Below are positions 13,368 through 16,404 of a stretch of 16,404 nucleotides of DNA, one piece after another (within the stretch, counting starts at the first letter, position 1; each line of letters opens with the position of its first letter). The stretch is from Promethearchaeati archaeon (GTDB taxonomy: Archaea; Asgardarchaeota; Heimdallarchaeia; JABLTI01). Position numbers and translations under genes: made by a program. The notes beneath the pieces are model-generated. The model made no database searches. It saw only the letters and a list, made by a program, of their open reading frames with translations, and was not told where the DNA came from. The stretch lies in the NCBI GenBank assembly GCA_013166835.1, contig JABLTI010000092.1:1-16404 (forward strand), written 5' to 3'.

Positions 13368-16166
13368 ATGAGCAGGTTTTCAGAACAGTTAAAGGTTTAT
13401 ATCCGAGTCTTGCTGCTGAATCGCCGCTCCACTATTCTTGCTTTTATTGGTCTTGGGTTTAGTTTAGCATTAATTTCTGAAGGACTGATTTTTGCTTATA
13501 GTTTTCAATATGGGGCATTTGAAGAGTATGCCGGAGAACCACCAACTAAGCAATTAACCGTTTCTCTTTCAGGGTTTTTTCTCGAAGATGATCCAAAGGA
13601 TGTTAAGGACTCTTTCTACAACATAACCAATGATGTTTCTGATTCTCTTGGTGTTTCCCATCGAATTCGAAAATTCGATTGGTTCTTTGAGAAAGGTCGC
13701 ATTCTGGGGGTGGAAGCCCCAGCTATTAATGGAAGTCTGCAGATCATTAAAGACTTCAATATCTATGGTGTCTCTTATGATTACTTCAGTGCTTTTCAAA
13801 CGCTTTTGTTTAATGGTTCTCTGCCTTCTGGTTCCGAGGATGTTTTAGTTGTTGCTAAAAAGAATGTAATAGAGCACTCTAATCTTAGTAATACTGGTCT
13901 ATTTCCACTTTTTGTTCCAGTTTTTGGCGGTGGGGCGCAATATGTTGGACCAATTAATGTTTCAGGAATTATAGCAAAAGAAGAGTTTGGTAGTTATAAT
14001 GGTTCTTTTCGAGATGATTTTAAAGCTATGATTGATTATTTTACAGAGCAATTCATTTTGATAAATATTGATAATTTTCCCCCAATTGTTTCTCCTTTTG
14101 ATGTGACTCGTCCCATTTGTCGGTATTCCTTTTATCTTGAAGAAATCAATTCTTTTGATATTAATTCCGAAATTGCTCTCCTGAACTCATTAAGTCAGGA
14201 GCTTACCAGAGTTTTCGAACGCGAAGGTTTTTCCTTGCATGTATATAATGAGCTCTCTATTCTTTTGCGGGATTTCGCAAATGAATTCCGGTTGTTTCAG
14301 TTGTTTGGTATTATTTTCTTAGTTCCACTAATTGTTGTTTCCGTTGCTCTCTCAAGTTTCTCAGCAAAACTACTAAAGCAACGACAAAGACAACACATCG
14401 CTAATTTGTTTCAAAGGGGCTCCACTCAATTTTCTATTTGGGTTATGCTCTTCTTACAATTATTAGAGGTTACTGTTTCTGGGATAATCTGTAGTTTAGC
14501 GATTGGATATCCTTTTTCCTGGCTTATGTTAAAGAGCACAGGTTTTCTTGCGTTTTCCAAAGTTGGAGTCTTGCTTGCCGTTAATGGTAGTATCTTCTAT
14601 ATCATCATTGGTGCTGCTTTTGTCTTGTCCTTTTTTATAAACTTAAAGGATGTTTGGGATTTCAGCAAAATTTCTTTGGTAGAAGCGCATCAAGAAACCC
14701 AGGAAAAAAAACCATTCTGGTCTAAATTCTATCTGGATGTGGTTTTACTTGTTATTGGTCTAACACTTTGGTTAATAGTGAAATTTCAATTACAAGGATC
14801 AACAGCTTATATTTTCGCATACAGCCTCGGAATAATCGCTCCAGTTGCCATTGTTCTCGGAGGTATCCTGCTAACAGCTCGATTATACCTGTTAGTATTA
14901 CAATTATTAGCAAAACCATTTTGGCGAACTGATCGATTAGGAGTGATAGGATTAGCAATCAAGAGGAGTAGTAGGCGAAAACAATCAACGATGAGAGGAG
15001 TTGTTCTCGTTGCTCTTACTTTCAGCCTTGTTTTCTCAGCATTAATAAGCGTGGAATCCTTCAACCAATACGAAGAGGAAAAAGCGTATTATTCTTTAGG
15101 AGCTGATATTCTTATAAAGAATGTAGATGCGATTTCAATTAATACCAGAAACCAGATTTTAGCTATATCAGGAGTACAAGAAGCTACTTTTCTCTCCTAC
15201 ACTAGTCAAATTGTGACTTTTGGTAGTTTAACTTACTCTTATTACATGATTGGTATAAATCCATTAGAATTTGCCCGGACGGCTTATTTTGATACGGAAT
15301 ATTTTGGAGGTAAATCCCCCGAAGAGTTTTTCGGAGAGATAAATGCCTCTCATGATGTTGTGATGCAAAAGGAGCAATTAGATAAAGGATTTACTCTTGT
15401 GCAAGAAAACATATCATTACCTGGAGAAAAATATCCTATAGGAATTGTTTCCTATGATTTACACGTTGTTGGTATTTACAACTTCCTCCCAAGATTCTTT
15501 ACCGAATATCCTCCTGCAGATGTGCCTATTTTCAGATTCACCGTAATTGGAAATTATTCTTTAGTGGATGAAATTGCTTATAGTCCAATTAGTATTGGTG
15601 TTGATGCTATTGTTAAAGTTGCAGCTGGGCACAGTATCACCCAAGTAGCAAAGGATCTTGAAACTGAATTAGGTCTGGAAGTAGAAAATGTCATCGATGA
15701 AGCAAATCTGTATGCGAAGAGTTTTCGGAACACCATGCTTTACGGCTCAGTAAATACTACCCTTATTTTCTCGTTTCTAATTCTAACAGCTTCGATTCTT
15801 CTCTCTTTACTCAGTCAATTAGTGGAGACCGAAAGAGAGATACGAATGCTACGAGTTGTTGGGTTTTCACCAAAGCAGTTTTTCTCTCTATTTCTCTCAG
15901 AGGTTGGACAATCACTTGTTTTTTCTGCTATAATTAGCTCCTTAGTTGGTGGGTTTGCAGCGAAAATGATTGTGGATCTTCTTACTTTTAACTCCCCGAT
16001 TCCACCGAGTGAATTATCTTTCCCCCTGTTACAATTAGTCTTGTCAATTCTTAGTCTGATTGCTGTTTCTCTTCTAATGGTTGTAATAGCGATAAGAATT
16101 ATCTTCCGAAAAGAAACACATAAGGATAGCAAGAAATCTCTACTTAAAATAGCAGATGAAAAATAA
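13368..16166 (+). CDS. ABC transporter permease, FtsX/MacB-like with duplicated architecture
   Basis: ~932 aa with two repeats of TM + large extracytoplasmic domain + 3 TM. Motifs QRQRQHIANLFQRGST and TEREIRMLRVVGFSPKQ, plus YYSLGADILI. GGAG RBS at 13356-13359 favours ATG 13368. Confidence 0.88.
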   Translation: MSRFSEQLKVYIRVLLLNRRSTILAFIGLGFSLALISEGLIFAYSFQYGAFEEYAGEPPTKQLTVSLSGFFLEDDPKDVKDSFYNITNDVSDSLGVSHRIRKFDWFFEKGRILGVEAPAINGSLQIIKDFNIYGVSYDYFSAFQTLLFNGSLPSGSEDVLVVAKKNVIEHSNLSNTGLFPLFVPVFGGGAQYVGPINVSGIIAKEEFGSYNGSFRDDFKAMIDYFTEQFILINIDNFPPIVSPFDVTRPICRYSFYLEEINSFDINSEIALLNSLSQELTRVFEREGFSLHVYNELSILLRDFANEFRLFQLFGIIFLVPLIVVSVALSSFSAKLLKQRQRQHIANLFQRGSTQFSIWVMLFLQLLEVTVSGIICSLAIGYPFSWLMLKSTGFLAFSKVGVLLAVNGSIFYIIIGAAFVLSFFINLKDVWDFSKISLVEAHQETQEKKPFWSKFYLDVVLLVIGLTLWLIVKFQLQGSTAYIFAYSLGIIAPVAIVLGGILLTARLYLLVLQLLAKPFWRTDRLGVIGLAIKRSSRRKQSTMRGVVLVALTFSLVFSALISVESFNQYEEEKAYYSLGADILIKNVDAISINTRNQILAISGVQEATFLSYTSQIVTFGSLTYSYYMIGINPLEFARTAYFDTEYFGGKSPEEFFGEINASHDVVMQKEQLDKGFTLVQENISLPGEKYPIGIVSYDLHVVGIYNFLPRFFTEYPPADVPIFRFTVIGNYSLVDEIAYSPISIGVDAIVKVAAGHSITQVAKDLETELGLEVENVIDEANLYAKSFRNTMLYGSVNTTLIFSFLILTASILLSLLSQLVETEREIRMLRVVGFSPKQFFSLFLSEVGQSLVFSAIISSLVGGFAAKMIVDLLTFNSPIPPSELSFPLLQLVLSILSLIAVSLLMVVIAIRIIFRKETHKDSKKSLLKIADEK

Positions 16167-16260
16167 TAATGCATTGAATGCAAACTCATATTTATATATT
16201 AAGCCTTTTTAGTGAAAATTCTTTTATCTTTTCAAACGAATAATAACATGAGAGCTTGAA

Positions 16261-16404
16261 ATGGTTGTTTCAGCAAAGAAGACTGCACAGAGATTTTTTG
16301 TAATTCTTCTTATTGAAGTCCTACTTCTGGTGTCAATTATTTGTGAGGTTAATGGAAAAACAATGATTAATGAAGATGACAAAAAAAACACAGAAATTAT
16401 CCCT
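16261..16404 (+). CDS. Start of a probable secreted or membrane protein (partial, runs off window)
   Basis: Manual translation MVVSAKKTAQRFFVILLIEVLLLVSIICEVNGKTMINEDDKKNTEIIP is signal-peptide-like and open to the edge. TTTATATA at 16191-16198 upstream. Confidence 0.55.
   Translation, partial: MVVSAKKTAQRFFVILLIEVLLLVSIICEVNGKTMINEDDKKNTEIIP

Noticed and set aside
117-16189. Short overlapping or antisense ORFs in the track (e.g. 117-428, 1399-1626, 9778-10203, 11040-11410, 15815-16189)
   Set aside because: They are shadows of well-supported genes on the other strand or frame and show no recognisable motifs.

Overview
AT-rich archaeal window, most consistent with an Asgard (Heimdallarchaeia-like) genome; the taxonomy is inferred from gene content and TATA/RBS style. 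Left end: the start of a formylmethanofuran dehydrogenase operon (fwdD, partial fwdB, minus strand), directly preceded by a solo TnpB with an atypical RuvC-II motif. Middle: a plus-strand cluster of (i) a free-standing double-LAGLIDADG plus XRE-HTH protein, (ii) a ~1357-aa giant Cas1 homologue (degenerate SF2/Hel308-like helicase part, wHTH, Zn-binding Cys clusters, full Cas1 core with E/H/D-E residues, C-terminal wHTH), and (iii) a YprA/Hrq1-like DEAH helicase whose DUF1998-like Zn domain and fused calcineurin-like metallophosphoesterase continue in the -1 frame. No CRISPR array, cas2, PolB or terminal inverted repeats were seen. Right end: a remnant of a DxDxDG repeat gene, a small secreted Fn3 protein, an FtsX/MacB-type ABC permease and the start of a secreted protein. 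The best candidate for an uncharacterised system is the CRISPR-less giant Cas1 plus helicase-phosphoesterase module. All domain calls are by-eye motif recognition; no searches were run.
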